Assembly (NCBI GenBank): GCA_019748155.1
Contig: JAIEPY010000021.1
Coordinates: 2,958 to 66,957, forward strand
Length of the DNA stretch: 64,000 bases
From: Burkholderiales bacterium
GTDB lineage: Bacteria; Pseudomonadota; Gammaproteobacteria; Burkholderiales; UBA11063
Direction: 5' to 3'
Part shown: positions 39,041 through 51,300 of the stretch, in pieces
Position numbering within the stretch: position 1 is the first letter of the stretch
Layout: each line of letters opens with the position of its first letter
Program-made: the position numbers and the translations under genes
Notes under the pieces: model-generated
The model's input: the letters and a program-made list of their open reading frames with translations, nothing else
Database searches by the model: none
Told to the model about the DNA's origin: nothing

Positions 39041-39487
39041 TTGAGAAATATGCTTAAATTACTTGTATTACTATCCGCCGTAGTTCCATTTTTATCCGGG
39101 TGTAATAGTGGTGCAGATCAGTTTGTGCTTCAGTCTGGCTCCACATTAGATAATTATCCAGCAGCTGCTATATACCGTGGAGATATTCAATCCAGTGACG
39201 GTATGGGTAATGGTATGATTTATACTAAATTTGATATTAATGGTGCGGCCCAAATATATTTTAGCTTAGGTAGTGGAGAATCATCATCACTTGCGATGAG
39301 TTCTGGTTTTTTAAAACTAAATGCTCCCACTTGTTACATTGCGCAAAGCACGCTGACTCACGGGGAACATGGTAAATTTATTCTCAGAGACTGTAGTTAT
39401 CAAAACGGTAGCTTGCACGCTAGCTATACCACGGTAGGCAATGATTCAGGAACTGATTCTGGGAGCGTCGTTTTAAGGGCTAAATAA
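39041..39487 (+). CDS. small lipoprotein of unknown function
   Basis: Signal peptide with lipobox FLSGC. TTG start 6-7 nt after GAGGAG (alternative ATG at 39050). Confidence 0.5.
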   Translation: MRNMLKLLVLLSAVVPFLSGCNSGADQFVLQSGSTLDNYPAAAIYRGDIQSSDGMGNGMIYTKFDINGAAQIYFSLGSGESSSLAMSSGFLKLNAPTCYIAQSTLTHGEHGKFILRDCSYQNGSLHASYTTVGNDSGTDSGSVVLRAK

Positions 39488-39491
39488 AATT

Positions 39492-39980
39492 TTAGCGTTC
39501 AACAATATAGAGTGTACCAAGAATACAGATGATTAGAAACATGATAGCGGACACCGAATGCCAAAAGCTAAATTCACTGGTATGTTGAATCACATGATTG
39601 GCAACATCAGCTAATTTGCTTCTCAATTCGACAATAATTGGAAAAACAGTAAAATAATTAATAATTAATAATCCTTCCATTACAATAATGTACCAGAATT
39701 TACGCGATTTTAATAATGATAATCGCGCTTGGAAGCACACGTCGCATAGGGCAAGGACTAAGGAGATGATTCCAATATAGGCATTGATGTTAAGAATTTG
39801 ACCTGCAAGCCCTGCGGCAGTGATTTCATCAAGTGTTTTAAATAGCAATGGGATAATCACAATTCCAATGGTTAAAGTGCCACCAACCCAGAAAGTCATA
39901 GCAAGTTTGCTAAATTGATAGAGCGAAATTATTTCAAACTTTTGATTTACCGTTGCAAGTGTTTTAGTTTTTTTCTTCAT
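39492..39980 (-). CDS. DUF4149-like four-TM membrane protein
   Basis: The topology and the FWVGGTLTIGIVIIPLLF segment resemble the DUF4149/TMEM205 family. The ATG at 39980 is preferred over the TTG at 40016. Confidence 0.4.
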   Translation of the reverse strand: MKKKTKTLATVNQKFEIISLYQFSKLAMTFWVGGTLTIGIVIIPLLFKTLDEITAAGLAGQILNINAYIGIISLVLALCDVCFQARLSLLKSRKFWYIIVMEGLLIINYFTVFPIIVELRSKLADVANHVIQHTSEFSFWHSVSAIMFLIICILGTLYIVER

Positions 39981-40071
39981 AGGTTTATTTCTATTGTGAT
40001 TGTAAAGACAACTCAATTATAGCATATTTGTTATAATACAGCGTTTGCTAACCGTTTAAATTGGGTATAAA

Positions 40072-41172
40072 TTGAAGAAAGTGTTCTCTAAAAAAGTTCT
40101 GCTGGTATTAACTGCAATTATAATCTTATTAGTCATTGTGAACGTGGTGACTAAGGAAGAGCATGCTAAAGTAACTAAGAGTGAGGTTAGTTTGTTAAAT
40201 CAGGCTGATATTACAACAGTTAAGCAAGAGTCGATTAGTGCAATAGTGAATTTTACTGGTGATTTATCTCCTAAAGCGCAGACGATTATTTCTTCTGAGG
40301 TTGATGCTAAAATTCTCAAGGTTATGGTCGAAGAAGGGCAATTGGTTAAAGCTGGGCAAGCTTTGGCAGAACTAGACACCTTGGATTTGGCGCAGGCGGT
40401 ATCACAACAAGATGCGCAAGTAGCCGCAGCTAAAGCTAAACTTGAACTTGATAAACAAAAAATGGATAAACAAGAGCAGCTATTAAAGCAAGGCTTTATT
40501 TCACAGATTGCGTTTGATGAGCTTATAAATAATTATCAGGCATCGCTACAAAATTATAAAGCTCAATTGGCAATGTTAACTAGAAGTAAAAAACAACTGG
40601 CAAACACACATATTACGGCACCATTTGCAGGGGTGATCTATCAAAAAAGCATTGAACCTGGGCAGCTGGCGCTTAAAAATACTAAACTTTTTGCTTTGGC
40701 TAACCTAGATACGATGGAAATTAAGGCTGCAATTCCTAGTGATCAGATAAATGCGGTTTCTTTGGGGCAGTCTGTAGTATTTAAGGTTGAAACTGATGCT
40801 CGTGAATATTTGGGTACGGTTGCACGTATAAATCAGGTAGCTGTTGCGGGAACAAGATCATATACGGTATATATTGAATTTAATAATAAGAATAGTGTAT
40901 TAAAAGCTGGACAATTTATAAAAGGACAAATAGTTCTAAAAAGTTTGCCTGCTCAGTCAATAGTAAGCTGTGATGCCCTACGTAGTGTTGCTAATGATAA
41001 ATATGTCCTGGTGTTAAAAGATGGCGTGGTGGTTCAAAAGCCAGTAAAACTTATTTTAGAAAATCAACAGAATTTAAAATGTGCAGTCAGTGGATTGCTT
41101 ACTGGCGAAAAGGTTTTAGCCGGCAATGTTCTTACGGTTAAAGCTGGTGATAAAGTACGGGTGGTTGATTAG
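40072..41172 (+). CDS. efflux periplasmic adaptor (membrane fusion protein, HlyD/RND-MFP family)
   Basis: N-terminal anchor helix, a lipoyl-like segment (VDAKILKVMVEEGQLVKAGQALAELD), a coiled-coil hairpin, ITAPFAGVI and a beta-barrel tail. No pump gene is adjacent. Confidence 0.75.
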   Translation: MKKVFSKKVLLVLTAIIILLVIVNVVTKEEHAKVTKSEVSLLNQADITTVKQESISAIVNFTGDLSPKAQTIISSEVDAKILKVMVEEGQLVKAGQALAELDTLDLAQAVSQQDAQVAAAKAKLELDKQKMDKQEQLLKQGFISQIAFDELINNYQASLQNYKAQLAMLTRSKKQLANTHITAPFAGVIYQKSIEPGQLALKNTKLFALANLDTMEIKAAIPSDQINAVSLGQSVVFKVETDAREYLGTVARINQVAVAGTRSYTVYIEFNNKNSVLKAGQFIKGQIVLKSLPAQSIVSCDALRSVANDKYVLVLKDGVVVQKPVKLILENQQNLKCAVSGLLTGEKVLAGNVLTVKAGDKVRVVD

Positions 41173-41198
41173 ATTTGTAGCAAATCTACTACTTGTAA

Positions 41199-41230
41199 GG
41201 TGAGAAACGGTTAGTTTTCCGCCTTTTTAT
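41199..41230 (+). terminator. candidate rho-independent terminator after the adaptor gene
   Basis: Imperfect 9-bp stem GGTGAGAAA/TTTTCCGCC (one mismatch, two G-U pairs) followed by TTTTTATTT. Confidence 0.45.
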
Positions 41231-41346
41231 TTGCGTGTATCTTATTGATTGTGTTATAATTGCAAGCTCAAAAATTCATAATAACCGGGGAGCAAGCATA
41301 AGTTACTCTTTTGCAAGCGTTTTACCCATTTTAAAGGTCTCGATAG

Positions 41347-41781
41347 ATGGCAAAAAAAGTCATAGGCTTCATCAAGCTACAAATCGGTGCTGGTAAAGCA
41401 AATCCATCACCTCCAGTTGGTCCAGCTCTTGGTCAACGTGGTTTAAATATCATGGAATTCTGTAAAGCATTTAATGCAAAAACTGGCTCAATGGAGCCAG
41501 GTTTGCCTGTGCCTGTAGTTATTACAGCGTATTCAGATAAAAGCTTCACATTTATATTAAAAACGCCTCCTGCTTCAATTTTATTGAAAAGAGCTGCTGG
41601 AATTAAGAGTGGAAGTGCTCGTCCAAATGCGGATAAAGTTGGTAAGGTTACTCGTGCGCAATTAGAAGAAATTGCTAAGACTAAAGAACCTGATTTAACC
41701 GCAGCGGATTTAGATGCTGCCGTACGTACTATCGCAGGATCTGCGCGTAGTATGGGTTTAGAAGTTGAAGGGGTTAAATAA
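41347..41781 (+). CDS. rplK: 50S ribosomal protein L11
   Basis: 144 aa. The [32 protein letters not shown] start is near-universal for L11. Confidence 0.97.
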   Translation: MAKKVIGFIKLQIGAGKANPSPPVGPALGQRGLNIMEFCKAFNAKTGSMEPGLPVPVVITAYSDKSFTFILKTPPASILLKRAAGIKSGSARPNADKVGKVTRAQLEEIAKTKEPDLTAADLDAAVRTIAGSARSMGLEVEGVK

Positions 41782-42473
41782 TGGCTAAATTAACGAAAAA
41801 ACAAAAAGCTGTTGCAAGTTTTGATAATGCAAAATTATTTGCAGCAAGCGAAGCGATTGAAATGGTTAAAAAAGCTGCTACAGCTAAATTTGACGAATCA
41901 GTTGACGTTGCTATTAATCTAGGTGTTGATCCGCGTAAAAGCGATCAAATGATCCGTGGTTCAATCGTATTACCTAATGGTACTGGTAAAACTGTGCGTG
42001 TTGCAGTTTTCGCACAAGGTCCTCAAGCTGAAGCGGCTAAAGCTGCTGGTGCTGACATCGTTGGTCTGGAAGAGCTAGCTGATGATGTTAAAAAAGGTAT
42101 CATGAATTTTGATTTGGTTATCGCTACGCCTGATACTATGCGTGTAGTTGGTACTCTTGGTCAAATCTTGGGTCCACGTGGTTTAATGCCAAATCCTAAA
42201 GTTGGTACAGTTACGGCTGATGTTGCGACTGCAGTTAAAAATGCTAAAGCTGGTCAAGTTCAATACCGTACTGACAAAAATGGTATTATCCATTCAACAA
42301 TCGGTCGTGCTTCATTTGCCGCTGATAAATTGCAAGAAAATATGGCCGCTTTGGTTGATGTTTTGCAAAAAGCAAAACCTGCATCATCTAAAGGTCAATA
42401 CATGAAACGTGTAACCGTATCCAGTACTATGGGTATTGGCGTTAAGGTTGAGCTAAGTTCTGTTGCTAAATAA
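41781..42473 (+). CDS. rplA: 50S ribosomal protein L1
   Basis: 230 aa. MAKLTKKQK.., [12 protein letters not shown] and [19 protein letters not shown] coupling with rplK. Confidence 0.97.
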   Translation: MAKLTKKQKAVASFDNAKLFAASEAIEMVKKAATAKFDESVDVAINLGVDPRKSDQMIRGSIVLPNGTGKTVRVAVFAQGPQAEAAKAAGADIVGLEELADDVKKGIMNFDLVIATPDTMRVVGTLGQILGPRGLMPNPKVGTVTADVATAVKNAKAGQVQYRTDKNGIIHSTIGRASFAADKLQENMAALVDVLQKAKPASSKGQYMKRVTVSSTMGIGVKVELSSVAK

Positions 42474-42797
42474 ATATAATTGTGAGATGTTACAGCAATA
42501 ATATCGCTGTAACATCTCGCGATTTATTGTAAATAATGGCTATTTTTGGTCATATTTGCAGAGGGGGTAAGGCGGTTAATTCTGCTTTATCATTATCATA
42601 GACCGCGGGAGTTTATCTGACTTAGTGTCGCATAAACTTAAATGTTGCAAAACAGTCCTGCGCAGATAGTGGCGATCTCGTAAAAAGACAAAAGTTATTT
42701 TAAATAATTTGACTCAATAAATCGAATTGAAACCACTATTACTCGGGCATATCTTTGAGTTATTAAAGATAAATGAGTAAAGTTTAGGAGTTAAGCT
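42474..42797 (+). promoter_or_regulatory. rplJL leader region (expected L10-(L7/L12) autoregulatory leader and promoter), with a strong hairpin at 42482-42520
   Basis: 324-nt untranslated spacer in the position of the long rplJ leader of gammaproteobacteria. It carries a 15-bp stem GTGAGATGTTACAGC/GCTGTAACATCTCGC just after the rplA stop. Confidence 0.45.
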
Positions 42798-43295
42798 TTG
42801 AGTTTAAACTTACAAAACAAAAAAGCCGTTGTTGCCGAGGTCTCTGAAACGCTAAGTACTGCTCAAACAGTTGTAATCGCACAATATGCGGGTGTAACTG
42901 TTGAGTCAATGACAGCTATTCGTGCACAAGCGCGTAAAGCGAATGTATATTTACACGTAGTAAAAAATACATTAGCTCGTAAAGCTACAGAAGGTACGAA
43001 ATTTGCTCCTTTGGCAGACCAAATGGTCGGTCAATTGATCTATGCGGCTTCAGCTGATCCGATCGCTGCAGCGAAAATTATCAGTGACTTCACAAAAGCA
43101 AACGATAAAGTAAAAATCGTTGCTGGTATGTATAACGAACAAATGCTTGACGTCGCTGGCGTTAAACAATTGGCTTCTATCCCTAGCCGTGATGAATTAT
43201 TGGCTATGGTTATGGGTGTTATGCAACAAATTCCAGCTAGCTTTGTTCGTCTTGTGTCTGCACTTAAAGACAAGAAAGAACAAGAAGCTGCTTAA
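42798..43295 (+). CDS. rplJ: 50S ribosomal protein L10
   Basis: 165 aa. The start (TTG, 7 nt after AGGAG) reads MSLNLQNKKAVVAEVSE, colinear with L10. Confidence 0.95.
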   Translation: MSLNLQNKKAVVAEVSETLSTAQTVVIAQYAGVTVESMTAIRAQARKANVYLHVVKNTLARKATEGTKFAPLADQMVGQLIYAASADPIAAAKIISDFTKANDKVKIVAGMYNEQMLDVAGVKQLASIPSRDELLAMVMGVMQQIPASFVRLVSALKDKKEQEAA

Positions 43296-43364
43296 TTATA
43301 AGTTGCTGTAATTCAGTAACATTGGTTAAATATTATTAATTTTAAGATTTATTAGGAGTCTATA

Positions 43365-43733
43365 ATGGCTATTTCTAAAGTAGAAATCATTGAAGCAATT
43401 GGTAGCATGACAGTTATGGAATTGTCAGATTTAGTTAAAGAAATGGAAACAACTTTCGGTGTTTCTGCTGCTGCGGTTGCAGTTGCAGGTCCTGCTGCTG
43501 GCGCTGCTGCTGCAGAAGAAAAAACTGAATTTGACGTAATTTTAACTGGCGCTGGCGCTAATAAAGTTGCTGCAATTAAAGTTGTACGTGAAATCACTGG
43601 TTTAGGTCTTGCTGAAGCTAAAGGTTTAGTTGAAGCTGCACCAAAAGCAGTTAAAGAAGGCATCTCTAAAGCTGATGCTGAAGCTCTAGTTAAGAAAATT
43701 ACTGAAGCTGGTGCAACTGCAGAAATGAAATAA
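43365..43733 (+). CDS. rplL: 50S ribosomal protein L7/L12
   Basis: 122 aa. Ala-rich hinge and the C-terminal domain ..[23 protein letters not shown].. Confidence 0.97.
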   Translation: MAISKVEIIEAIGSMTVMELSDLVKEMETTFGVSAAAVAVAGPAAGAAAAEEKTEFDVILTGAGANKVAAIKVVREITGLGLAEAKGLVEAAPKAVKEGISKADAEALVKKITEAGATAEMK

Positions 43734-43767
43734 TTGATTAGCAAAATAATCAAAAACTCATAAATGG

Positions 43768-43794
43768 AGAGGTAACAAAACTGTTGCCTCTTTT
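43768..43794 (+). terminator. rplL-rpoB attenuator / partial terminator hairpin
   Basis: 9-bp stem AGAGGTAAC/GTTGCCTCT (one G-U pair) followed by TTT. It lies in the position of the known rplL-rpoB attenuator. Confidence 0.55.
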
Positions 43795-44062
43795 GCCGTA
43801 TTAATTATATTTGCCCTTAAAGTGTTTAAAAATAATTATTTATGCTAGTATACTTTAAATGCTCATTAGTGAGCGTTTATGTATCTACTCTAAGTGATCG
43901 CAATTCTAGCTAGGAGTATTGATAAAAAAGGTGAGGCCATGTACTATTGTACATAACAAACCTTTTTGGCTGTACGACAATGCTAAAATTGTGAGCGCGA
44001 CGAGGATAAGTGGTTATTTTTGTTCTCTTTTCTTTTACCCATAGTCTTCGGAGCTTTACTAT

Positions 44063-47000
44063 ATGAGCTATTCTTTCACAGAAAAAAAACGTATCCGTAA
44101 AAGCTTTGCCAAGCAACCGGCTTCATTAAAGGTACCTTACCTTTTGGCAATGCAAAAAAATTCTTATGAAGAATTTTTACAACATAAAGTACAACCAGCT
44201 AAGCGCAGTAACATCGGTTTACAAAAAGCATTTAGCGATATTTTCCCAATTATTTCCAATAATGGTGCAACTCGTTTAGATTTTATCAGCTATAGCATTA
44301 ATAATCCGCTTTTTGATGTTCACGAATGTTTATTACGTGGCGTTTCTTATGCTGGAAAACTTCATGCCAAGATTCGTTTGACGGTTTTTGATCGTGAAAC
44401 TGATTTCAAAACTATCTTGCATAGTACCGAAGAAGAAGTTTATATGGGTGAAATTCCCTTTATGACTGACACTGCATCATTCATTATCAATGGTAATGAA
44501 CGTGTGGTAGTTGCTCAGTTACATCGTTCTCCGGGTGTTTATTTTGAACATGATCATGGTAAAAACCATTCAGCAAATAAATTACTTTATTCAGCACGGA
44601 TTATCCCTTACCGTGGTAGCTGGCTGGATTTGGAATTTGATGCTAAAGATTTGATTTATTTCCGGATTGATAAACGCCGTAAGATGACAATTAGCTTATT
44701 GTTAAAAGCTATTGGCTATACACGTGATGATATCGTAGATTTATTCTATGATAAAGATGTTTATCTAATCAAACGTGGACGCATTTACAAACAAGTTATT
44801 GCTGAACGTCTAAAAGGCGAAACTTCGCGTTTTGATATTGTCGATAATGAAGGCAAATTAATTGTTGCTAAAGACAAAAAAATTACGACTAAACATATTC
44901 GTGATCTAGAAAAAGCTGGATTATCTGAAATCGAAGTTCCAATTGAAGATCTTGAGGGTCGCATTTTAGGTGCTGATCTGATTGAAATGGATACTGGTGA
45001 AGTTTTAGCTAAGTCAAATACAATTGTTACTGAAGAATTGGTAAATCAAGTATTGATTAGTTCAATTAATGAAATTAAAACTCTATATGTAAATGATTTA
45101 GAGCATGGTTCATATTTAGCTGATACCTTACGTGATGAGGAAGCTTCTAAAGAAACTGCTGAAAATCAAACTGAAGCGATTCATCAAATCTATAAAATGA
45201 TGCGTCCTGGTGAACCATATTCAGAAGAGATTGCACATACTGTATTTGTACGTACATTCTTTAATCCTGAAACTTATGATTTATCACAAGTTGGTCGTTT
45301 CAAATTTAATTCGCGTACTTATTTGAATGAAAAAGATCCTAAGACTCCACAATGGTTCAGACGCCTAGTAAGTGCAATGGATAAACCTGATAATTCAGAA
45401 ATTTTATTGACCAGTCAGGATATCTTATTATCACTTGCGATTTTGATTGAGCTACGCAATGGTCGTGGCGTGATTGATGATATTGATCATTTAGGTAATC
45501 GCCGGATTCGTGGTGTGGGTGAATTGGTAGAAAATCAATTCCGTATCGGTTTATCAAGAATCGATAAAGCAGTTAAAGATAAATTAACTCAGCCACTTGA
45601 AGAAAAAGATTTATTACCAAATAAATTAATTAGTGCCAAACCAATTACTTCTAGCTTGAAAGATTTCTTCTCAACTAGTCAGTTATCACAATTCATGGAT
45701 CATACCAATCCATTGTCTGAAATTACGCACAAACGTCGTATTTCAGCTTTAGGTCCTGGTGGTTTGACTCGTGATCGTGCTGGTTTTGAAGTACGTGATG
45801 TCCACGTGACGCATTATGGACGGTTATGTCCGATTGAGACACCTGAGGGACAAAATATTGGTTTGATTAACTCATTGTCAGTATATGCGCGTCCAAATCA
45901 ACATGGCTTCTTAGAAACGCCGTATCGTAAAGTTAAAGAAAACAAAGTTACCGATACGATGGAATATTTATCAGCGATTGATGAAGATAAAATTATTATT
46001 GCTCAAGCCAATGCGCGCTTAAATGACGATGGTAGCTTTGCTGATGATTTGGTTTTCGCCCGTAAAAAAGGTGAAACAACGCTAGTTCCACGCGATGATA
46101 TTGATTATATGGATGTGGCGACCAATCAAGTGGTATCGGTAGCAGCTTCATTGATTCCATTCCTGGAACATGATGATGCCAATCGTGCATTGATGGGTTC
46201 AAACATGCAACGTCAGGGTGTACCTTGTGTTCGTGCGGATAAACCATTAGTTGGTACTGGTATGGAGCGGGTTGCTGCGATTGATTCTGGTACGCTTATC
46301 ACGGCTAAACGTGGTGGTGTGGTAGATTATGTTGATGGTAATCGGATTATTATCAAAGTAAACGAAAGCGAAATTATTGGTAATGATCTTGGGGTAGATA
46401 TTTATAATTTAATTAAATATCAACGTTCAAATCAAAACACTTGCTTAAATCAAAAACCAATCGTAAAAGCTGGTGACGTAGTTGCGGCTGAAGATGTGTT
46501 AGCTGATGGTTCTGCGACTGACTTGGGTGAATTGGCAGTTGGGCAAAATATTCTAGTTGCCTTCATGCCGTGGAATGGTTATAACTTTGAGGATTCGATT
46601 TTAGTTTCTGAGAAGTTAGTTGCTGCAGATAAATATACTTCAGTACATATTGAGGAATTATCAGTAGTATCACGTGAAACTAAACAAGGCGATGAAGAAA
46701 TTACCCGTGATATTCCTAATTTATCACAAGGTCAATTAGCTCGTTTAGATGAAAGTGGAATTATTCATGTTGGTGCAGAAGTTAATCCTGGAGATGTGTT
46801 AGTAGGTAAAGTAACCCCTAAAGGTGAAATTCAATTAACGCCTGAAGAGAAATTGCTTCGTGCTATTTTTGGTGAAAAAGCTTCTGATGTTAAAGATACT
46901 TCGTTACGTGTGCCAGTTGGAATTAACGGTACAGTAATTGACGTTCAAGTGTTTAACCGTGATGGCAGCAAGCATGATCAACGTGGATTAGAGAATATTG

Positions 47001-48193
47001 AGATTGAGCTTAATCGCCTACGTCAGGATATTCGTGATCAAATGTTGATTATTGAAGAAGATGCGGCAGAACGGGTTAAATCAACGCTACTTGGTCAAGA
47101 GCTAAAAGCTAAAAAAGTTAAGATTACTCAGGAAGTTCTTGATGGCTATAAAGCTAAACGTGATTGGTTAACGATTGAAGTTAAAGACGAAACGGTTAAT
47201 GAGCAATTAACCATGTTGGTGAAAGCAATTGACGAAAAACGTGCTGAATTAGATGCGCGCTTTAAAGTTCAAAAAGACAAACTTTACCAAGGTGTTGATT
47301 TACCAAATGGCGTAATCAAAATGGTTAAAGTCTTTGTTGCCGTTAAACGTCGTTTACAGCCTGGGGATAAAATGGCTGGTCGTCATGGTAATAAAGGGGT
47401 GGTATCTAAGGTATTGCCAGTTGAAGATATGCCATATATGGAAGATGGACGCACCGTTGATGTCGTTCTTAATCCACTTGGGGTACCTTCACGGATGAAT
47501 ATCGGTCAGATTCTCGAGGTTCATCTGGGCTTGGCGGCTAAAGGTCTTGGACATAAAATTGATAAAATGTTACGCGAACAACGTAATTTAGCTGAAGTTA
47601 AAGATTTTGTTAATACTATCTATACTTCATCAGGTCGTTCTGAAGACGTCAAATCATTGAGTGAACCAGAATTCTTGGAATTAGCCCATAATTTATGTGA
47701 CGGTGTGCCATTTGCAACTCCGGTATTTGATGGTGCTAAAGAAGAAGAAATCAAAAATATGTTAAAACTTGCTGATTTACCAGAATCAGGACAAGTAACC
47801 TTGTACGACGGTCGTACTGGTTTGGCTTTTGATCGACCGGTAACGATTGGTTATATGTATGTACTTCGTCTGCATCATTTGGTTGATGAAAAAGTCCATG
47901 CTCGTTCAACTGGCCCATACTCATTAGTAACGCAACAACCATTGGGTGGTAAAGCTCAATTTGGTGGACAACGTTTCGGTGAGATGGAGGTGTGGGCACT
48001 GGAAGCATACGGTGCGGCATATATCCTGCAAGAAATGTTAACCGTGAAATCGGATGACGTTGAAGGTCGTACTGAGATGTACGAACGCTTGCTTGAGGGT
48101 GATCATCGTATTTCTGCGAAAATGCCGGAAGCCTTCCGTGTATTGACGCGAGAAGTTAGAGCTCTAGCCTTAGATATGGAACTCGAAGAGTAA
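44063..48193 (+). CDS. rpoB: DNA-directed RNA polymerase beta subunit
   Basis: 1376 aa. [15 protein letters not shown] start and conserved blocks ([51 protein letters not shown]). Confidence 0.99.
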   Translation: MSYSFTEKKRIRKSFAKQPASLKVPYLLAMQKNSYEEFLQHKVQPAKRSNIGLQKAFSDIFPIISNNGATRLDFISYSINNPLFDVHECLLRGVSYAGKLHAKIRLTVFDRETDFKTILHSTEEEVYMGEIPFMTDTASFIINGNERVVVAQLHRSPGVYFEHDHGKNHSANKLLYSARIIPYRGSWLDLEFDAKDLIYFRIDKRRKMTISLLLKAIGYTRDDIVDLFYDKDVYLIKRGRIYKQVIAERLKGETSRFDIVDNEGKLIVAKDKKITTKHIRDLEKAGLSEIEVPIEDLEGRILGADLIEMDTGEVLAKSNTIVTEELVNQVLISSINEIKTLYVNDLEHGSYLADTLRDEEASKETAENQTEAIHQIYKMMRPGEPYSEEIAHTVFVRTFFNPETYDLSQVGRFKFNSRTYLNEKDPKTPQWFRRLVSAMDKPDNSEILLTSQDILLSLAILIELRNGRGVIDDIDHLGNRRIRGVGELVENQFRIGLSRIDKAVKDKLTQPLEEKDLLPNKLISAKPITSSLKDFFSTSQLSQFMDHTNPLSEITHKRRISALGPGGLTRDRAGFEVRDVHVTHYGRLCPIETPEGQNIGLINSLSVYARPNQHGFLETPYRKVKENKVTDTMEYLSAIDEDKIIIAQANARLNDDGSFADDLVFARKKGETTLVPRDDIDYMDVATNQVVSVAASLIPFLEHDDANRALMGSNMQRQGVPCVRADKPLVGTGMERVAAIDSGTLITAKRGGVVDYVDGNRIIIKVNESEIIGNDLGVDIYNLIKYQRSNQNTCLNQKPIVKAGDVVAAEDVLADGSATDLGELAVGQNILVAFMPWNGYNFEDSILVSEKLVAADKYTSVHIEELSVVSRETKQGDEEITRDIPNLSQGQLARLDESGIIHVGAEVNPGDVLVGKVTPKGEIQLTPEEKLLRAIFGEKASDVKDTSLRVPVGINGTVIDVQVFNRDGSKHDQRGLENIEIELNRLRQDIRDQMLIIEEDAAERVKSTLLGQELKAKKVKITQEVLDGYKAKRDWLTIEVKDETVNEQLTMLVKAIDEKRAELDARFKVQKDKLYQGVDLPNGVIKMVKVFVAVKRRLQPGDKMAGRHGNKGVVSKVLPVEDMPYMEDGRTVDVVLNPLGVPSRMNIGQILEVHLGLAAKGLGHKIDKMLREQRNLAEVKDFVNTIYTSSGRSEDVKSLSEPEFLELAHNLCDGVPFATPVFDGAKEEEIKNMLKLADLPESGQVTLYDGRTGLAFDRPVTIGYMYVLRLHHLVDEKVHARSTGPYSLVTQQPLGGKAQFGGQRFGEMEVWALEAYGAAYILQEMLTVKSDDVEGRTEMYERLLEGDHRISAKMPEAFRVLTREVRALALDMELEE

Positions 48194-48203
48194 ACATTCT
48201 TCT

Positions 48204-48311
48204 AACTGCTCGGACTATTTCGCAATAGCGTCGTTGCAAGGCTCCTCATGTACGTTTCTCATGTACACGTCGTCGCCTTGCGCCTAGCTCTTGCTTCATA
48301 TTCCGGCAGTT
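48204..48311. repeat. palindromic intercistronic repeat element, copy 3 (rpoB/rpoC spacer)
   Basis: The reverse complement of the copy-1 core, differing at one position. The outer arms AACTGC / GCAGTT are self-complementary. Confidence 0.85.
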
Positions 48312-48360
48312 ACGTTCGTTATAGATATGAGTAGTTACAAAAATTTTTGGAGTAAAGCAG

Positions 48361-51300
48361 ATGTTTGATTTTAACAATCTCTTTAATGGTAATAAAAACG
48401 GCAATGAACATTATGGCTATATCCGCATTGGATTAGCTTCGCCAGATAAAATTCGTTCATGGTCATATGGTGAAATTAAAAAACCTGAAACGATTAATTA
48501 TCGTACTCTACGTCCTGAGCGGGATGGTTTGTTCTGTGCCCGGATTTTCGGACCAGTAAAAGATTACGAGTGTTTATGTGGTAAATATAAACGGATTAAA
48601 CATCGTGGTGTGATTTGTGAAAAATGTGGTGTTGAAGTTACTTTGGCTAAAGTTCGCCGTGAGCGGATGGGTCATATTGAATTAGCTTCGCCGGTTGCGC
48701 ATATTTGGTTCTTGAAATCACTTCCATCTCGTATGGGGATGGTTTTGGATATGCCACTACGCGATATCGAACACGTATTGTATTTTGAAGCCTATGCGGT
48801 AATTGCGGTACTAGATCGTGTCGATCCACCGATGCATCCTAAAGATGGTAAAACACCAATCAAAAAAGGTGATATTTTATCGCCAGAGCAATACAACTTC
48901 ATCGTCGAAAATAATGAAGATGATAAATTAGATGTTGGTATTGGTGCTGAAGCCGTTCGTAAGATGTTAATGGCGATTGATATTGAAAACGAAGTTATCT
49001 CTATCAAAGAAGATATGGCAACTACAAAATCTGAAACTAATTTGAAAAAATTAGCTAAACGTCTAAAAGTATTGGAAGGCTTCAAACGTTCTGAAATGAA
49101 ACCCGAGTGGATGATTATGGATGCGATTCCAGTATTACCACCTGAATTACGTCCATTGGTAGCATTGGATGGCGGACGCTTTGCAACTTCGGATTTGAAT
49201 GATCTATATCGCCGCGTAATTAACCGTAACAATCGTTTACGTAAATTGATTCAATTACGTGCGCCTGAGATTATCTTGCGTAATGAACGTCGGATGTTAC
49301 AAGAAGCGGTAGATTCATTATTTGATAATGGTAAGCGCGGTAAAGTGATTACTGGTGCCAATAAACGTCCATTAAAATCTTTAGCTGAGATGATTAAAGG
49401 TAAATCTGGTCGTTTCCGTCAAAATCTATTGGGTAAACGGGTCGATTATTCCGGCCGTTCAGTAATTACGGTAGGTCCTACATTGCGTTTATATCAATGT
49501 GGTTTACCAAAAATTATGGCATTAGAATTATTTAAACCATTTGTTTATCATAAATTACAAATTTTAGGCTTAGCATCATCAATCAAATACGCTAAACGGA
49601 TGGTAGAACAAGAGCATCCACAAGTTTGGGATATCTTGGAAGATGTAATTCGTGAGCATCCAGTACTATTAAACCGTGCACCAACCTTACATAGACTGGG
49701 GATTCAAGCGTTTGAACCAATTTTGGTGGAAGGTAAAGCCCTTCAATTACATCCATTAGTCTGTTCTGCATTCAATGCCGATTTCGATGGAGATCAAATG
49801 GCGGTTCACGTTCCGTTGAGCTTAGAAGCGCAAATGGAAGCACGCACTTTGATGTTGGCATCCAACAATGTATTGTCGCCAGCGCACGGTGAGCCGATTA
49901 TTGTACCGTCACAAGATATTATTCTTGGTCTCTACTATATGACGCGTGAAAAAATTAATGATAAAGGTGAGGGCGCAATTTTTGCTAACTTTAAAGAGTT
50001 AGAGCGTGCTTATCAAACAGGACAGGTTGGTTTACATGCGATTGTAACCGTTCGTCTTGAGGAGTGGTATAAAGATGGTAATGGTGAATTTATGAGCCAT
50101 ACTGTACGTCGGACTACTACCGTTGGACGTGCGATTCTGGCACAAATTTTACCTAAAGGCTTGGATTTCGAATTAATTAACAAACCACTTAAGAAAAAAG
50201 AAGTGGCTAAATTAATTAATGTATCATTCCGTAAATGTGGAATTAAAGATACGGTAATTTTGGCTGATAGATTAATGTATACTGGATTCCAGTATTCAAC
50301 GCGTGGTGGTATCTCGGTATGTGTGAATGATATGCACGTACCACAAGCTAAATATACTAAAGTTGAAAAAGCGCAAGCTGAAGTTGATGCAATTACCGTT
50401 CAGTATAATGAAGGTTTGGTAACTCAAGGTGAGCGTTATAATAAAGTGATTGATATTTGGGGTCGTTGTGGTGATGATATCGCTAAGACTTTGATGAGTG
50501 AACTATCTAAAGAGACGGTCTTGGACAAAGACGGTAATGAAGTTGAGCAAGATTCATTCAACTCAATCTATATGATGGCTGATTCTGGTGCCCGTGGATC
50601 TATTGCGCAGATTAAACAGTTATCTGGTATGCGTGGCTTGATGGCTAAACCATCGGGTGAAATTATGGAGACGCCGATTACTGCCAATTTCCGTGAAGGT
50701 TTGACCGTATCACAGTACTTTATTTCAACCCATGGAGCGCGTAAAGGATTGTCAGATACCGCCTTGAAAACAGCTAACTCGGGTTATTTGACTCGTCGTT
50801 TGGTAGATGTAACGCAAGATTTGGTAATTATCGAAGATGATTGCGGAACTAGCAATGGTGTGGTTATGCGTTCAATTATCCAAGGTGGTGATGTAATTGA
50901 ATCACTGAAAGATCGGATTTTAGGTCGGGTGATTGCTGAAGATGTAATTGATCCTGATACGCAAAAAATTGTAATTGAAGCTGGTCAGTTAGTTGATGAA
51001 GATATGGTTGAAACCATTGAAAAAACTAATATTGATGAAGTTAAAGTTCGTACGCCATTAACTTGTGAAACGCGCTATGGTTTATGTGCTAAATGTTACG
51101 GTCGTGACTTGGCTCGTGGTTATATGGTGAATATCGGTGAAGCGGTGGGGATTGTGGCAGCACAGTCAATCGGTGAGCCGGGTACTCAGTTAACCATGCG
51201 TACCTTCCATATCGGGGGTGCGGCATCACGTGCGGCGGCAGTTAGTCAGGTTGAAGCTAAATCATCTGGGGTAGTTGGTTATAAAGATTTACGTTATGTA

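Noticed and set aside
43352-43753. 133-aa ORF antisense to rplL. Similar antisense or out-of-frame track ORFs occur inside rpoB, rpoC, opp, hsd, kbl/tdh and tdk (for example 48792-49232, 17587-17841, 45996-46247 and 2379-2666).
   Set aside because: These are shadow ORFs lying entirely within strongly supported conserved genes. Their low-complexity translations mirror the codon bias of the true frame.
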